Assembly: GCF_001447785.1 (NCBI RefSeq)
Contig: NW_015160215.1
Span: 20,201-84,200, forward strand
Direction of reading: 5' to 3'
Length of the DNA stretch: 64,000 bases
DNA from: Gekko japonicus
Lineage: Eukaryota
This document shows, piece after piece, positions 1 through 14,143 of the stretch. The position numbers and the translations under genes are program-made. The notes under the pieces are model-generated. The model did no database searches. It was not told the DNA's origin and saw only the letters and a program-made list of their open reading frames with translations. Position 1 is the first letter of the stretch. Every line of letters starts with the position of its first letter.

Positions 1-654
1 CAGTTCTGGTCACCACACCTCAAAAAGGATATTATAGCATTGGAAAAAGTGCAGAAAAGGGCAACTGGAATGAGAAAAGGGTTGGAACACTTTCCCTATG
101 AAGAAAGGTTAAAACACTTGGGGCTCTTTAGCTTGGAGAAATGATGGCTGAAGGGTGACATGATCGAGGTTTATAAGATTATGCATGGGATAGAGCAGGT
201 AGAGAAAGGAGTACTTTTCTCCCTTTCTAACAATACAAGAACTCATGGGCACTCAATGAAATTGCTGAGCAGTCAGGTTAGAACAGATAAAAGGAAGTAC
301 TTCTTCAATGAAAGAGTGATTAACACATGGAATTCACTGCCACAGGAGGTGGTGGCGGTTACAAGCATGGACAGCTTCAAGAGGGAATTAGATAAGCATA
401 TGGAGCAAAAGTCCATCAGTGGCTATTAGCCACAAGGTATAGATAGGAACTCTCTATCTGGGGCAAGTGATACAAGCCTCTATCTGGGGCAAGTGATTCT
501 TGGTACTTGGGGGGCAATAGTGGGAGGGCTTCTAGTGTCCTGGCCTCACTGCTGGACCTCCTGATGGCACCTGGTATTTTTGGCCACTGTGGGACAGAGT
601 GTTGGACTAGATGGGCCATTGGCCTGATCCAGCATTGGCTCCTCTTATGTTCTT
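1..654 (+). mobile_element. CR1 LINE 3' end (ORF2 C-terminus plus 3' UTR), truncated by the window edge
   Basis: ORF 160-429 (MIEVYKIMHG...RTHGHSMKL...RKYFFNERVINTWNSLPQEVV...SFKRELDKHME) is the typical CR1 ORF2 C-terminus; ends in the CR1-type tail CTTATGTTCTT. Confidence 0.93.
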
Positions 655-1593
655 AAAAATGGGGAAGATAACTGGACACCATTTTATGACTGGGTGGAAA
701 GAAACTTTGAAGATAAGAATAATGAATATAAATAATTAAAATTGTAGAGAAACTCTAGTTTGAACTGTGGAAAGCTTAATTTTCTTTTTTCAGGATACAT
801 AAGAGAAACTCCTAGTGAATGAAATAATTATAACAATTTTAGTAACTATATAAAAGAAAGGGAATTGTAAATAGAAGTAAAACTTGTAACAGCTATAAAA
901 CAAACTTGAACGATTTATTTTCCTGTATGTCTTTACCTTTTACCATTCCTACCCTATACTGTTATGTGAAAATTTAATTAACAATTTATTTTAAAAACCT
1001 AAATAAAATCTTCCATTTCCAAATTAAATCTCAGAGAAGGTGGTCAGCAGCATTCGGCTCCATGTTTTTGGATAAGACTGATTACTTTGAGCCCTTTTAG
1101 CCTGGCATTCATTCAAGTCATAGCAAAGAACAGTTTTGGTCATCCTTGCAGATGATCTATGCTGGTCTGCTTATGAGGGGCCTCTCAGCAGTTTTTGATA
1201 TCATGAACAATAGTAGTCTTCTGAACTGCCAGAGAAGATAGGTCTGACTGTTGTATTAGACAGGTTTTGGGGTAGCTTTCAGAAAGTGGTACTTGGAGAC
1301 TGTTTGGCCATTAGCCTAGGGGTCCTACAAGATTCTGTAATATCCCATGTAGGCTTTCCAATTGCCCAGGCCTGATGGGGAATTCCCAGCCCCAGTCTCT
1401 CGACCTTGAGAAACTGAGGAGTGGGAAGAAAAAATGGCTTCCATATTCTCTCTACCCTAAAGAATGGAGGAAATTCCTGTGGCATCACCTGGAAGTGACA
1501 TAAAATTCTCCTCAAGCTCCACTCTCTTGAGATGCCGCCCCCAAAATGCCTCGGTAAAAGCCAGGAGAGTTCCCATACTACTTATCATTGACA

Positions 1594-1790
1594 TAGGGTT
1601 GCCAGCTCTGGGTTGGGAAATTCCTGGAGATTTGGGGAGTGGAGCCTGGGGAGGGACCTCAGCCAGGTATAATGCCATAGAGTCCACCCTCCAAAGCAAC
1701 CATTTTCTCCAGGGGAACTGATCTCTGTTGTATGGAAATTAGTTGTAATACTGGGAGATCTCCAGCCTCACCTAGAGGCTGGCATCCCTA
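1594..1790. mobile_element. hAT-type MITE (TAGGGTTGCCA...TGGCAACCCTA family)
   Basis: Ends TAGGGTTGCCA / TGGCATCCCTA; degenerate 8-bp TSD CATTGACA/CATCTACA; same family as 55656-55868. Confidence 0.75.
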
Positions 1791-2029
1791 CATCTACATG
1801 AAATTAAGTCCATACAAATTGAAGATGCAGCGGGCTGGAGTAAATCTTACCCAGGAATAAGTGTTTACCTGCATTAGGCAGTATTCTCCCTGAAGGAAAA
1901 TGCTTTGCAGTATAGGTATGCTCATGAATGCTTCAATTACTATTACCATAACCATGGATGCCTAGGTGATAGAGGAAGATACAAGAATGTGTTTTGCCAG
2001 TGTAGGTCTTTTGCCAGATGGGACCTTTT

Positions 2030-2665
2030 CTGGAAAAAAGCAGATCTCAGAGGCCACTATCACTCAGGCTTTAGACTATAGTAACACATGCTACATATGA
2101 CTGCCTTTGAAGGTGATTTGGAAGGTTCAAATGATTTGAAATGTGGCTGAGGTCTACTAGTGGGTTGGTTGCAAGGAACATATTACTTCCATCTTGTGCC
2201 AATTAAACTGGCTGCCGGTGACCTTCTAGTCCCAATACAAAATGCTGGTGATAACGTTTAATGCCCTAAGTGGCATGGATCCAAGGTATCTGGTGGTCAA
2301 ATACCCTCCTTATGTGTCCTGAGCTTGTGCTCTAAGGTTGACCAAGGAAGCTCTATTGCAGGAATCCCTGAATGAAACAATCTGATCAGTGGGAATCTGC
2401 ATGAGGACACTGTCAGCTATTTTTCTTGCTCTGTGAAACTTGCTTTTCCCTGAAGTGTTGGTGATTTTTTTTATTTGAGATTTTCCAGCTACAATTAAAG
2501 CTTTGTTTAAAATCTCAGAATCCATTTTTGGGGTAAACTTTTCCTGGTGTGTTACTTATTACTGATGATTTTTCATTTTATGGCACATTTAAAAACTTTT
2601 ATACTTAAAATTGAGTACTTATTTAAAATAGAAATGAAGGATATAAATATTCTAAATAAATAAAT
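2030..2665 (+). mobile_element. Decayed L2-like LINE 3' fragment
   Basis: Degenerate LDY..-like and HITSILCQLNWLP-like coding remnants; AATAAATAAA tail; resembles 27457-28292. Confidence 0.5.
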
Positions 2666-5208
2666 GTCTCAAAATGTGAAAATATGACATTTGCTGAATG
2701 CTGATATAGTCCAGCTTGAGGTCTTCAGAGCCTCAAAATTCATTTTATGAACTAACATTTTGTTTTGTGTGTTTCTCTGCTTTGTGCCACTTGCTCAAGT
2801 GTTCCTAATTTCACCGTGGACTCTATCCTGTTCCTGGCCTTTTAACATTGACTGGTCCATGACAACTAGCATTTCTGCCAAATCTTAGCTCTCAATACTG
2901 GTCCATCTGGCATTTTCACAATGCAAAGTATTGTGTTTTCTAACAATTTAGTAATATAGCATCTATTGTTAACCCACCCTACAGCACATAAAATAAATAC
3001 ATGGTGGGAAAGATCAAAACACTGGCATGAAGAAAGCAATAAATGTATGCCAATGTAAGATTTTGTCATGCTTAATAAACTTAGCTTAATGAAATACTGT
3101 GGCTCACATTCACAGGTGCATTAAAGTTAATTGATTACAGAATTATTGTATGACCTCCAGCAATTTATTTAAAAAATATACTACATATGAAATAATAATT
3201 AGTACTTCTTGTTGCACTTGGATTGTAACATGGGATTTTTATTCTTATGTGCTTGGGAACAAAAGGGGTTGATCCTGTATTGGTTAACATAAAGTCAGAA
3301 TTTAGGGGGAAACAGCAATAAATAATCTCAATATGCTATAGGAACTGCCATAGTTTTAAAACACAGAGAACATAATTCAGTTTTTACCACATTCTCCCCA
3401 CTCTTTCAGTCTGCAATACTCCAACATGGGAATTTCCTGTGACTCACCTTCCCTCTGCCACAAATGAAGACCCATACTTGTGGAAGAACTGCATGCATTT
3501 TGTGATGCCAGTTGATTCAGACTGTAATTGTTCAAGCTCCATATGTCCCTATAAAACAGTACAAATATGCAGTGGGTTTAAAAAAATATTTCCTTAAGAG
3601 TCTGTGAAGATTATCACAAGCTGATTTTGTTGAATTGTCCCAGTTCAACAAAAGAAATGAGATACGTACCTGGTTCTCAACTTGAATTTCTCTAGACCAC
3701 AGCCACTTACTAGGATATAAATACCATTGACCAATAGAATTTACTTCCCTGTGAATATGCTTAGAATTGCCTCATAAACTAGCGTAAGCCAGATTCTTTG
3801 ATTTAACTAGGAGTGCTGTGGAAGTAAATCCTATTGAACAAAATAAAATTTACTTCTGTGTAAAAATGCATAGGCTCAGGGTGTAAGCCTCTTTTTAACA
3901 TTTATCTGATCCTTGTTTTCTAAATTTTGATTCAATGCAATATGAATGCAAATTCATTAATAGCAATCTGTAGTTGCTCAAAAGCTAATTTCTTTTGGCA
4001 CCAAACGTCTAAAATCTTAAAATGAAATATTCTCTAGTTTTTTGTTGATATGTGTATATTTTAAAAGGTGCCTTTACATTTTCTAATTTCACCATCTTTA
4101 TTATCTTAAAACCTGCTATTTTGTAATGTCATAAATATTTAATTCAAGGAAAAGTGCAGTGAACATCTTTCTGTAAGGGTTAACCCATTAAAAGAAAAAG
4201 GATTGCAGATAAATTGAAGACATGGCATATAGCCAAGAATGATCAGTATATGTGAGAATTAATTTCTTTGTGAGTAGTCACTCATATTGCCCATATTAGA
4301 TACAATGTATTGTATAAGAGATTTCTCTGTACCCACATTTGCTCATGGAATAAAGTAATTTAATAGTCATAACATCCATATACTTTCTAGCCCTCTTTAA
4401 TTTATTCAGCATAGACATGCCAGCATTTCCCTTGTAGCAATGCCACTTTTACCCTATGCAACTAACTGGAAAACTGATTATTTTCAAAGCAGAATATAAT
4501 ATAGTACCAGTTATTAACAGAAATATATTTGCTGAAAGGTACTCCCCGCCCCTTACCAGGAACATGGAGTAAGCTAGCTTTGGTAGTCTCTCCATTTATA
4601 TATAGAATCAGACCTTGCAGTATTTCTTTAATCTGTCCATAATATTGTCACCAGTATTTTCTTATTTCTTCTTTTCTTGTTGTAGCAAGCTGTTTTTAAA
4701 AGCTAGCAATACTTGTATGTATGGTATAGTTGATATGTTACTTGGAAATAAGTACCACCAGTGAAATCAATGGGACTCCTTTCTGACTAAAGTTTAGGAT
4801 TGTGTAGACAGACTGTGATCTTCACTTACTTGGAAATGAGTTGTAATGGCTTCTGTTAGCCTTGCTGCAGTGACTTTCCAGAAAATTGCAGGTACATCTG
4901 ATTTTCATTCCCATAGGTTTTAAAAGTATGCACGCACTCTTATGGAGATCAGCAAACCTGTCAGTCTAAAAGACCACAACAACACCTTCAGTTCTTTATG
5001 ATTACTGCAATATGCAATAAAGGAATCACCACTTCCATGAAGAAATTGTGACTTACTGGAAGTTCAAGCCTACTGTTCAAGCTATTATTTACATTAGAAA
5101 AAAGTATCATTACACATTTTAAAAATTATATATAATTCAAAAAATGTAATAACCGGAAGCACTTTTTAAAAAATGATCCTACCATTGCCTAATATTACAC
5201 CATACTAT

Positions 5209-5596
5209 GGCCTCGGTCACATGTGCCAGATAACGCAGAGGAGAGGAGAGGCTATTTGTGCCGTCACAATCTGACCCGCCACTACGTGATCAGATGTGAT
5301 GGTGGTGAATCGGTGTTTTTTCCATTGCTGCGTGTTTCCGGCGTGCTTCAACGAGGGAACATGGACGCAATAGGAGCGCACTGGAGTGATCACATGGGAA
5401 CCTTCATCTGCGGGCCGTCGCAAACCCCTTTGATAGTGGACTTTTACTGGTAGTTTTTAACTGCGCTTCTTCAGTGGGAAGAAACAGGTTGGCTACGGGT
5501 GCAGGACGCTTGCCAGAGGTTTCCCTGTGATCGCACCCGTAAAATCCGCCCGGCATTCATCCCTATCATGCGGCTAATTCTGCGTGTGACTGGACC
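5209..5596. mobile_element. PIF/Harbinger-like MITE
   Basis: Imperfect TIRs GGCCTCGGTCACA / TGTGACTGGACC; 3-bp TSD TAT (5206-5208, 5597-5599); internal similarity to 54159-54537. Confidence 0.75.
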
Positions 5597-6273
5597 TATG
5601 GAATACTATTAGATGGATCAAGAAATCTAAGGCCCAATAATTTATTACAAATTTCCTTTTAATTAATCTCATGCTTATTTCTCATTGTTTGAATTAGCCC
5701 CATGCAGAAATTACAATATTTGATAATCTTACATGTAGGGATTTGTGGCATGCACAAATTCTAAGAAGGCATGCATATATGTACTACAGATATACATATG
5801 AGTTTCATACTAATTTTGTAACCTACAAAATGGTCCTCAGTATATAAGATTAATGTGACGCTTTTACTTGACATTTAGACTACATCATACAGAAAGGGCA
5901 GATCAGTAAACCAAAAAAGTCCATCTGAGTCTAAAATCCCGTTTGCAATATTAGGCTTCAAAATAATAAATACTTAGCAAACAACAAAAGACCATGTAAA
6001 AACATATAAATTTACTGTCTTGTATTCATCTAATACTTTCTCTAAGCACTCCAGTCACTTCAGCTATATCCATAATTCTTAAAATAACCTATCGTTGTTA
6101 TCATCCGTGTGCTAAAGATCGAGCAACTGGGGCAGAGTGTAGCTTAAGCTATTATTGAATTATAGCTCATGATCTTAACTGCTACATTTGCAAACAGAAT
6201 AAATCTAAATAGATATTAATTCTTTTTGTTCTCCAGAATAAAAGTTGAACATTTCTGTTACCCCGATATGAAT

Positions 6274-6322
6274 NNNNNNNNNNNNNNNNNNNNNNNNNNN
6301 NNNNNNNNNNNNNNNNNNNNNN
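6274..6322. other. Assembly gap (N run)
   Basis: Run of N. Confidence 1.
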
Positions 6323-9173
6323 TATTGAATTTTTAAAGCACCTTTATCATCCTCTTCCCTCAAATCTATTTCTGTTAATAATCTAATTAGAGCTATAATT
6401 CAGCCTCTGCATACAACAAGAAGCAAATAGTTTGGACTGCACATTTTCTCATAACATGATGTTTTCATTAACTGGGTTATTCCACATATTGTTAAATGAT
6501 TTAAATAATTAATTTCCTATAATAGAAGAACTGTTAGAGTGACAAGTTGGGTTATTTTATTTTAATTATGTATCAAAGCCAAAGTTTTCAATATGCGTAT
6601 CTCAAAAAATATTAAAGGGCTTAGAGGCTGAATATATTTGCTGTGATGCTAAAGGCCATACTATAAGCGATGTGGGAGATCCAGGGTAACAGCTAAATGG
6701 CAAGGCCAGCTGCAGAACCCTCAGTTTGGATAAAGGGCTGTGTGCAGGAAGTGGTTTTGCCCTATCCCCTTGTTGTTTTCATAATCTGAATTTCACCCAA
6801 GCTGCTATTTGCCCCATGGGGCTTTTATATTAAAATGAACCGCAGGAGATCCTGATCACAGATCCTCCATGGTATATCTAGTTTGGCCCCAAAGGCAGAA
6901 TGTCAGGCATAAAGAAAGGGTCTTGGTACCAACAAGGATCTTATAGACAGTGGTCAGCAGCCTTTAGAATTAAAGAACTAAACAATATCAACATTAAGAG
7001 CAAGAGATCAACAAAGAGCCATTATAAGAAAGCCCATTTACATAACAAGAAATATCCTAGTTCGACATAACATAACAATATTGACAGGTTGATTAATAAT
7101 CCATAATTTTTGGCAACCCAAACACTGGTTGTTGCCAGTTCTTTATTCAAAATGGGCATATATGAAGCCTCATAATAAGTAATAAAAATTCTCAGGAGCA
7201 TCCTGCGTGTCTAAATCTGAACATGATTCACACTTGTATTACTGGCAACTGTTCACCTCTGTCTTTCTCTGCAAAGCCTCTCTAAGAAGCCCTTTGGTCC
7301 AAAAAACAAAAATGTTTGCTTGTGATTCACTTGTGCTGGTCATTCTAAGCACCTACTCCAGGGAAAGTCTTGATTATTCTGGGGTCCTGGGCAAAAGTCA
7401 AGGATCAGGCTGCAGGCATGTCCACAAAACCCACCTGAAGGGATCGCATTCTGGGGCACAGGGGTATCCCAGCCACACATATTGTGACTGCAGTAGTGCA
7501 AGTGAGTGAGTCTTGGATGAGCAACTGTCTGTGAGAAATTAAGGGCTAGACAAGAGGGCATTAACCCTTCCCTGGGACTCACCTCAGTGTTGTTTTCCAA
7601 AGAAGCTATCACCAAGGGAATGCTTAATTCTGTACTCATCTGTGTGAAGTGAACAGAGGTGAGGTAAGAACCCCAGAATTCCTGCAGAACTCCATGGGGA
7701 ATACCTAAGGCACTTGCATGTCTCTTTCACACCCCAGCTTGGCTGGAGTATGGATGAGAGGCAGGAATATTGATCAACAGAAGAACATTTTGCCCATCCC
7801 TGCCATGCCCCAACCCTCGATGCCCAGAGCCTGTTTACCGACACAGAAGCTGAAGCAAGTGAGGGTTTCTGTGGAGTGCCTGTTCCCACTAGTGAGGGTC
7901 ATGTTGGAAATGGCCTTGTAGCTGGCCTGGTACTGGAGTCAGACAAGCAGCTGCTATGGTGTTGGCCAGGGGCACATGATAGATTTGCTGCTTTCCCAGT
8001 GCACAGGTGCAGCAGCAGTCTGCTTGACATATAAGAGAAGGCCAGCTGGGTGGCTGACTTCTGCACAGGTGTAGCAGTGGAAGTGATAGAGGCTGGGGGC
8101 AACCCTCTGACTGCCCTTTTCAGTACAGCAGCTGATTGCTGGGCCAGCTTCTGCCGCTGAGGGGCAGGTGGTGTGGCAGCTGTGAGGAACAGAGGCTAAA
8201 GTGGCATGATCACCAATCAGCTATAAGATGGGAGGCCTCCCCCAGCCTCCATCCCTCACACCAGACAGGCAACCAACGATGGTGGTCTGGGGACCCCAGT
8301 GCCCCTGCATGTGATACCCTGTGGCTAAGACCTACCCCTCAATATATCATAAAGATTTCATTTTATTTTTTAAAGAGTCATATTTGGTTCCATGTTGAAC
8401 CACATTTAGCTCTGAAGCCATGCAGACCCCAGTGCCCAGCTTGGATAACAAAGGCTTTGTCGTAATAGCAGTTCCATTGTTCAAAATGGCACCACTGCAT
8501 TCTGTTTTTATGACTGCTCTGGCTTTCTATTAACTGAACATTCCATGGTCCAGTAGTAGTACCAATGAACACAGTACTAATAGATAAAATATCACTGTAC
8601 TAATAGATAAAATATCACAGAAGCTAAACAAGGATTGCCTTTACACTGACTCCCCCTGCTCCTAGATTGTTCAAAACTCTTAACATTTTTCATATTCTAT
8701 ATTTTATTTAATACTTTAGATATTCTACACAATGCTGGGGCAAAACAGGTAAAAGCAAAATAATCTAATAGGCACTTTGTTAATAGTTGGGGAGAGAACA
8801 GGAAAAAAGACAGAAGTAGTCTCAGGTAATTACTTCTGATGTTTCTCTTTCCGGAACACAAAGGAATAATCCTTGACTAAGATCCCCAAATTAGAGTAGG
8901 CACTGTCTGATGGCAGAATCTGTTGAAAGTAGAGATATCGTAACTGAAAAGATTCTACCTCTAGTCACAGCCACATCTTCTGAAAAAGGATCTCAGATGA
9001 AGGTCTACAAGAAAAAGATTAATTTTATATTCTAGTAGCAAAATTGGCCAGTCTCTGGATACTTAATCCAGTGATTGGAGCTGTGAATGGGCAAGACAGA
9101 TCTTTCTAAAAAAACCCTGAAAAGAGCCCTAGGTTTGCAGAAAAACCTGAAATTGGGGGGGGGGGGAAAACAT

Positions 9174-9184
9174 NNNNNNNNNNN
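9174..9184. other. Assembly gap (N run) between G homopolymers
   Basis: Run of N. Confidence 1.
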
Positions 9185-9244
9185 NGGGGGGGGGGGAATA
9201 CATTGGGGGCTTTAAAAGAATCAGAAAATTATAAAAGAAGCACC

Positions 9245-10039
9245 TGTAGCTTTAAGCAACAGAGAGACCAGGCCCTATGATGAAAGGCTGAGAAATTTGG
9301 GAATGTTTAGTCTTGAGAAGAGGGAACTGAGGGGGGACATGATTGTTCTCTTTAAGTACATCCAGCTCAAAATATACTGTTAAGTGCCCTTCACTCACCC
9401 TTCACACCTGAGAGGAGATAATTAAGATTCTGTTACTTCCCATGATTAGAAAAAAGACCTTTAGACATTTATCTGCTATTTTGACATATTTATTGCTTTA
9501 CAACTGTTGACCTTATAACCTTAACTTGTTATTTAGTTTTTTCACTTTGCATAACTTAAACATCATCATGATACATGTTAATTTGCTGTTAAATCCCTGT
9601 CTATAAGTCTAGAACCTTCTCTACCATTCTAGTGTATTTGAAAAAGTGTGCCTTGTACACAAAAGCTCATTCCTTGAATAAACCTTTGTTGGTCTTAAAG
9701 GTGCCACCGGACTCTAAATTTGTTCTGTTTGAAGGGCTGTCACTTAGAGGAGGGCACGGAGCTGTTCCAGTTGGCAGCAGAGGATAGGACTCGTAATAAT
9801 GGGTTTAACTTAAGGGTGGGAAGGTAACAGCTGGATATTAGGAAAAACTTTTTTACAGTAAGAGTTGAGCAACAGTGGAATCAGCTGTCTAGGGAGGTGG
9901 TGAGCTCCCCTCACTGGCAGTCTTTAAGCAGCATCTGGACAAACACTTGTCAGGGATACTGTAGGCTGATCCTGCATCGAGCAGGGCTTTGGACTAGATG
10001 GCTTCTATGGCCCCTTCCAACTCTGTGATTCTATGATTC
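9245..10039 (+). mobile_element. CR1 LINE 3' fragment (second subfamily) interrupted by a Penelope-type fragment
   Basis: CR1 ORF2 end (..[20 protein letters not shown] | LKGCHLEEG..) split at ~9359-9727; ends in the CR1 tail TGATTCTATGATTC. Confidence 0.85.
9359..9727 (+). mobile_element. Penelope-like 3'/pLTR fragment nested in CR1
   Basis: Contains TTTGAAAAAGTGTG..CACAAAAGCTCAT..AATAAA..TTGGTCTTAAAGGTG, matching the reverse complement of 21351-21470 and 48740-48830. Confidence 0.65.
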
Positions 10040-10174
10040 CCTTAGTGGCTGTTGCTAGGCAACCAGCATATTCCAAGCTGGGTTTCTCTGAATAAAAGGT
10101 AGAGGGAGGAGGCAGGGCCCTTTCCAAGCCTATTTTGCCCTTTGAGGGAGGACTCATTAGGGCCAGACCTGATT

Positions 10175-10390
10175 AGGCTTGTCAGCTCCAGGTTGGGAAA
10201 TTTGTGGAGATTTTGAGATGGAGTTTGAGGAGAGCAGTACTTGGGGAGGGGAGAGGCCTCAGCCAGATATGATACCAGAGGCTCCACCTTCCAAACCAGC
10301 CATTTTCTCCAGGGGGACAGATATATGTTGTCTGGAGTTCAGTTGTAATTCTGGGAGATCTCCAGGTCTTACCTGGAGGTTGGCAACCCT
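10175..10390. mobile_element. hAT-type MITE (TAGGGTTGCCA family)
   Basis: Similar to 55656-55868; ends TGGCAACCCTA. Confidence 0.75.
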
Positions 10391-10488
10391 ATGCCTGGCA
10401 ACATCTGTGTTACTTGATACCCCCTATCTTGCATGACTCAACTAGACCTGGCTGCTTACTACTGTTCAACAGCAGCCACCCTACAAAA

Positions 10489-10685
10489 ACCAGTGTGGTG
10501 TAGCAGTTAAGAGTTTCAGAGCAGGGTCTCGGATATCCAGGTTTGGATCCCCATCTTGCTGTGGAAGCTGACTGGGTGATTTTGGACCAGCCACATACTT
10601 TCAGTCTAACTTACCTCACATGGTTGTTGTGCAGATAAAAAGGAGGAGCGAATAATGTATACTGCTTTGGTCCCCATTGTGGAGA
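10489..10685 (+). mobile_element. Decayed tRNA-derived SINE
   Basis: tRNA-like head CCAGTGTGGTGTAGCAGTTAAGAG...GGTTTGGATCCCC with A-box/B-box-like motifs; body resembles the Squam3-like copies. Confidence 0.6.
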
Positions 10686-10760
10686 AAGACTGTAGATTGC
10701 CTAGGTGCAGGCTACAGGCGGGAGGAGAGAAAGCCGAATACAGAGGGGCAGATAAAAGTA

Positions 10761-11201
10761 GGCCCCGGTCACACTGAGGGAAAAGGTGCGGCTGAAGTGC
10801 AGCTTTTTTGAGCTGCATCAAAAGAGAAGCGCGGCGGCGGGATCAGACAGATCCCCTGAGCCGCAGCGCAGTCGCTCCCCGGCATGATCAGATGCCAGGG
10901 GGAAGCCACAGATTGGTGAGCAAGGTGAGCCTGCTGCGCATGCACACGCATGCGCAGTTCTACAGGGCCTCTGTATGCTGCAGGGAGATGGGTGTGTCAG
11001 CGATCAGCCGGCCTGTGCTGCGCATCAACAGGTAGGTAGTACTCTTTTGGTGCTACCTTTTTGCGGCGGGTTTTCTGCTGGAAGGGACGGATTAGGGACG
11101 GATGCGTGCCACTTCCCAGATGTTGTGGTATGATCGCGCCTGCTTGATGCACCCCCAATCCGTCCCTCCCACGGGGCAAATCCTCCCGTGTGACCGGGGC
11201 C
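10761..11201. mobile_element. PIF/Harbinger-like MITE, CpG-rich
   Basis: Perfect 14-bp TIR GGCCCCGGTCACAC / GTGTGACCGGGGCC; flanks GTA/ATA (imperfect 3-bp TSD); TIR related to the elements at 5209 and 54159. Confidence 0.75.
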
Positions 11202-13934
11202 ATAGATTGGCTGTTGGGAGGGAAGGAGATAAGGTTGTCATTTACTGGAGATTTGAGGGATGGAGCCTGGGAAGGGTGGCATTTGTGGAAGGGAGGGATC
11301 TCAAACAGGTATAATGCCATAGACTCCATTCTCTAAAGCAGCCATTTTTTCCAGGGGAACTAGCATTACCAACCTCCAGGTGAAGCCTGGAGGTCACCCA
11401 GAATTACACCTGATTTCTACATGACATTTTGGTCCACAATACTTAACCTTCCGAAGAAATATGACAAAATACAAACCCATTTTAGAGCAACCAATTCACA
11501 ATGAAACATAGTCCTCAATTTGGATTGGCCTTACTGCACAATCTAAGTGTTAACTGAAAAGAAATCTTCCAAAAGTGCTGGATGTAGTAAACAGAATTTT
11601 ATACCCGGTGAAAGGAATTTATTTTAATGTTGTTCAGAATTTGGGGACCCAAGGTCACCAAATAACAAAGAATTTAACTATATTCCCTGTTGGAATATAT
11701 AATGTCTTATAATGTAGTTGGATTGCTATAGGAGAAAAGAAAACCTTATTGTCCAGTCGTAAGAAAATGATTCATCTTTTCTGCTTATATGTTGATTACT
11801 CAGACCTTATAAACCCATTATTATAGGGAAATGGGTAAGCTAACTTGAGAAACTTTTCTGGACATGCTGTCACAGCAAATTGTGAGTCATGCAAGGTTGG
11901 TAACCAATAATAACATATTGAAATAATACACAATCTACCTGTGTTCAATCAAACGTGTATGAAAAATATATACTTTTTAAAAGAAATCTGTAACTTGTTA
12001 TGGATAACTACACGTAGATATTTATAAAGATAAGCAGTGGTCTCAGAAGAGGAGCTGGGGGGTTGGTTTATTCTATTTCTTGATATTTAAACCCAATTTT
12101 CTTAAAACGTGTAAAACAAACCTGAAATTTATGGCATGGTGCCGGAGAGGTGAAAAATGTGTCTCTGCTATAATTAGCAGTGCATTGCATTGTTTCCTTT
12201 TGTCCCATGATCATGCTTTTCAGCTCATACATTTTATTGTTCAACTTACTTTCCAAATCATAGTAGTGATGTAGTAAACAGGATTTTAGCCACATGATGG
12301 AGCAATCAGAAAAATACAGTTCAATCTGTATTCCCTAACTGGTATCTTTTCACCTACATGTGGTAGTCTGACATGGCCGTAACTGCTGCATACTGGGATT
12401 TGTCAAACTGATATCAGTTGTTAGTCATTAGCCAACAAAAGCTTAGCTTCAGTTAATGTTAGTCTATTGAGGTGTTACAAGGTTCCTTTTTGCTTATGAG
12501 TATCAAGAGAAACCTAAACGTAGTTTCTAATCTATTGGCTTCAGCTATGAAACTCTGTAACTGAGACATACTATAATCAGGTAAATCAACTAATTTATTT
12601 TAAAAGATTTCTCCTGTAGTAATACAGAATGCCAGATCACCAGCATCAGGTGTTTAGCATTCAAGGTGCAGATTTATGAAAACGTTGGCTCGTGTTTGAA
12701 AGTAATTACTGACATTTTTTTAAATAGCTCTGGAGTAAATTCAGAAGAACAGCTGGGATTTTATAGGTCTTGTGGGACCTTGCAGTGTCCTGAACAGACT
12801 CCTAGAATTTTGTGTATGTGTGTATTTATGTATGTATCTGTAATATAGGACTGTTATTTGGGTACAGCAAGATGGCAACTGCGTAACGAAAAGACAAAGA
12901 TACTAATATGGCTCCTCAGTATGGCAATTATGGCTTCATAATGAATATCATGTATAAGAATGGGCAGGGAGCTGGATCAATAGGTGGAAAAAAAACAGAA
13001 GTATAATGGCTGTCTTGGAATGAACTTGGTTGTCCTGGGATAAATACTATATGAACAAAGCCAAATGATCACATGATCACAGCAAGACATTGTTCTGCAG
13101 CATTATGATATTTGTATACAAATATTGACAATGGTTCAAATAATGATGGGGGGAGGCATCTTTAAATAGGCCTTTTCCTTGACACCCGGAGTATTATCAT
13201 ATGCTATAACAGTTTTTCCTTTCAATAATAACTGCGACTTGGTTTTGAGGTAAGGATTCTGTTAGATGAAACTAAAGAGCAAAAAGTATTTTGGAGAGGT
13301 ACGTAATGTCACACAAAGATGGAACTTTCATCATTGAGTGTGGCAGGTGAGAAGATTACATTGTATAAAAACCAAAGGCATTACTGAATGTTTCTGCAAG
13401 GCTTTATTTTTATGACTGTGGTATTATGTTTTCAAAATTTTGTACTGTAATTTTTCTTCAGTGTTTTTAAAAAGTACTCTTTTCCACGGAATCCAGATGC
13501 CCTTATCTTCATCTTGACATTTAACAACAAAAATATGTAAGCCTATGCCTCTAGATACATTGTGACTAATTTTTAGTGTACAAACAAAAGGGGGAGGGGA
13601 ACCTATTAAAAACCATGAATCTTCATTTGAGTGGTTTTTTTGTATGTGTGTTTTGCTGTATTTATATCCTTTCTGCAAAAGGCCAAAATATGCAGGAGGG
13701 CAATTTGGGAAAAGAGCAAGTCTGACCTGAGGCCTTTAAATCCTGCTGCCTTTCAATAGATTATCTTCCAGGGTTTAACAGTGGGAAACCTTTGATCCAA
13801 CTAGACAGCAGCAGCTCTATTAAACCCTGATCCCATGCATCAGTTACTTTGGAGTTCTCAAAGAGGCCTGGATGTGGCTTACTCCCCAACATGCATGTAG
13901 AGAACATTGAACTGCAAGCACAGTTCATTAGGAG

Positions 13935-14143
13935 CAGGGAGGGCCCCAGCTTATTTTGCACCCTAGGCGAGGATCCCTTCTGGCGCCCCGCCCCCCTGCG
14001 CCCACCATTTCCCAAAAATAAATGCATTTTAGGAAGAATGAAAAACACAAATAATTAAGAAACTCCCAGAGTACGGGCTGGGTGCAGTTTGGCGCCCCTA
14101 AGGGCCAGCCCGCTCTGATCGCCTAGTGAGTGAGCCGGCCCTG
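13935..14143. mobile_element. hAT MITE just upstream of the CpG island
   Basis: CAGGG...CCCTG termini; perfect 8-bp TSD ATTAGGAG (13927-13934, 14144-14151). Confidence 0.85.

Noticed and set aside
655-1010. Possible old L1 3' end (GEDNWTPFYDWVERN-like, A-rich tail); similar hint at ~11430-12030
   Set aside because: Similarity too weak to support without a database search
3625-3653. 13-bp AT-rich hairpin TTTTGTTGAATTG-TCC-CAGTTCAACAAAA
   Set aside because: Too short and AT-rich to call a miRNA or terminator; plausible by chance or as a MITE relic
7200-8340. Moderately GC-rich block with several short ORFs
   Set aside because: No protein motifs, splice pattern or clear termini; probably decayed repeat but unclassifiable by eye
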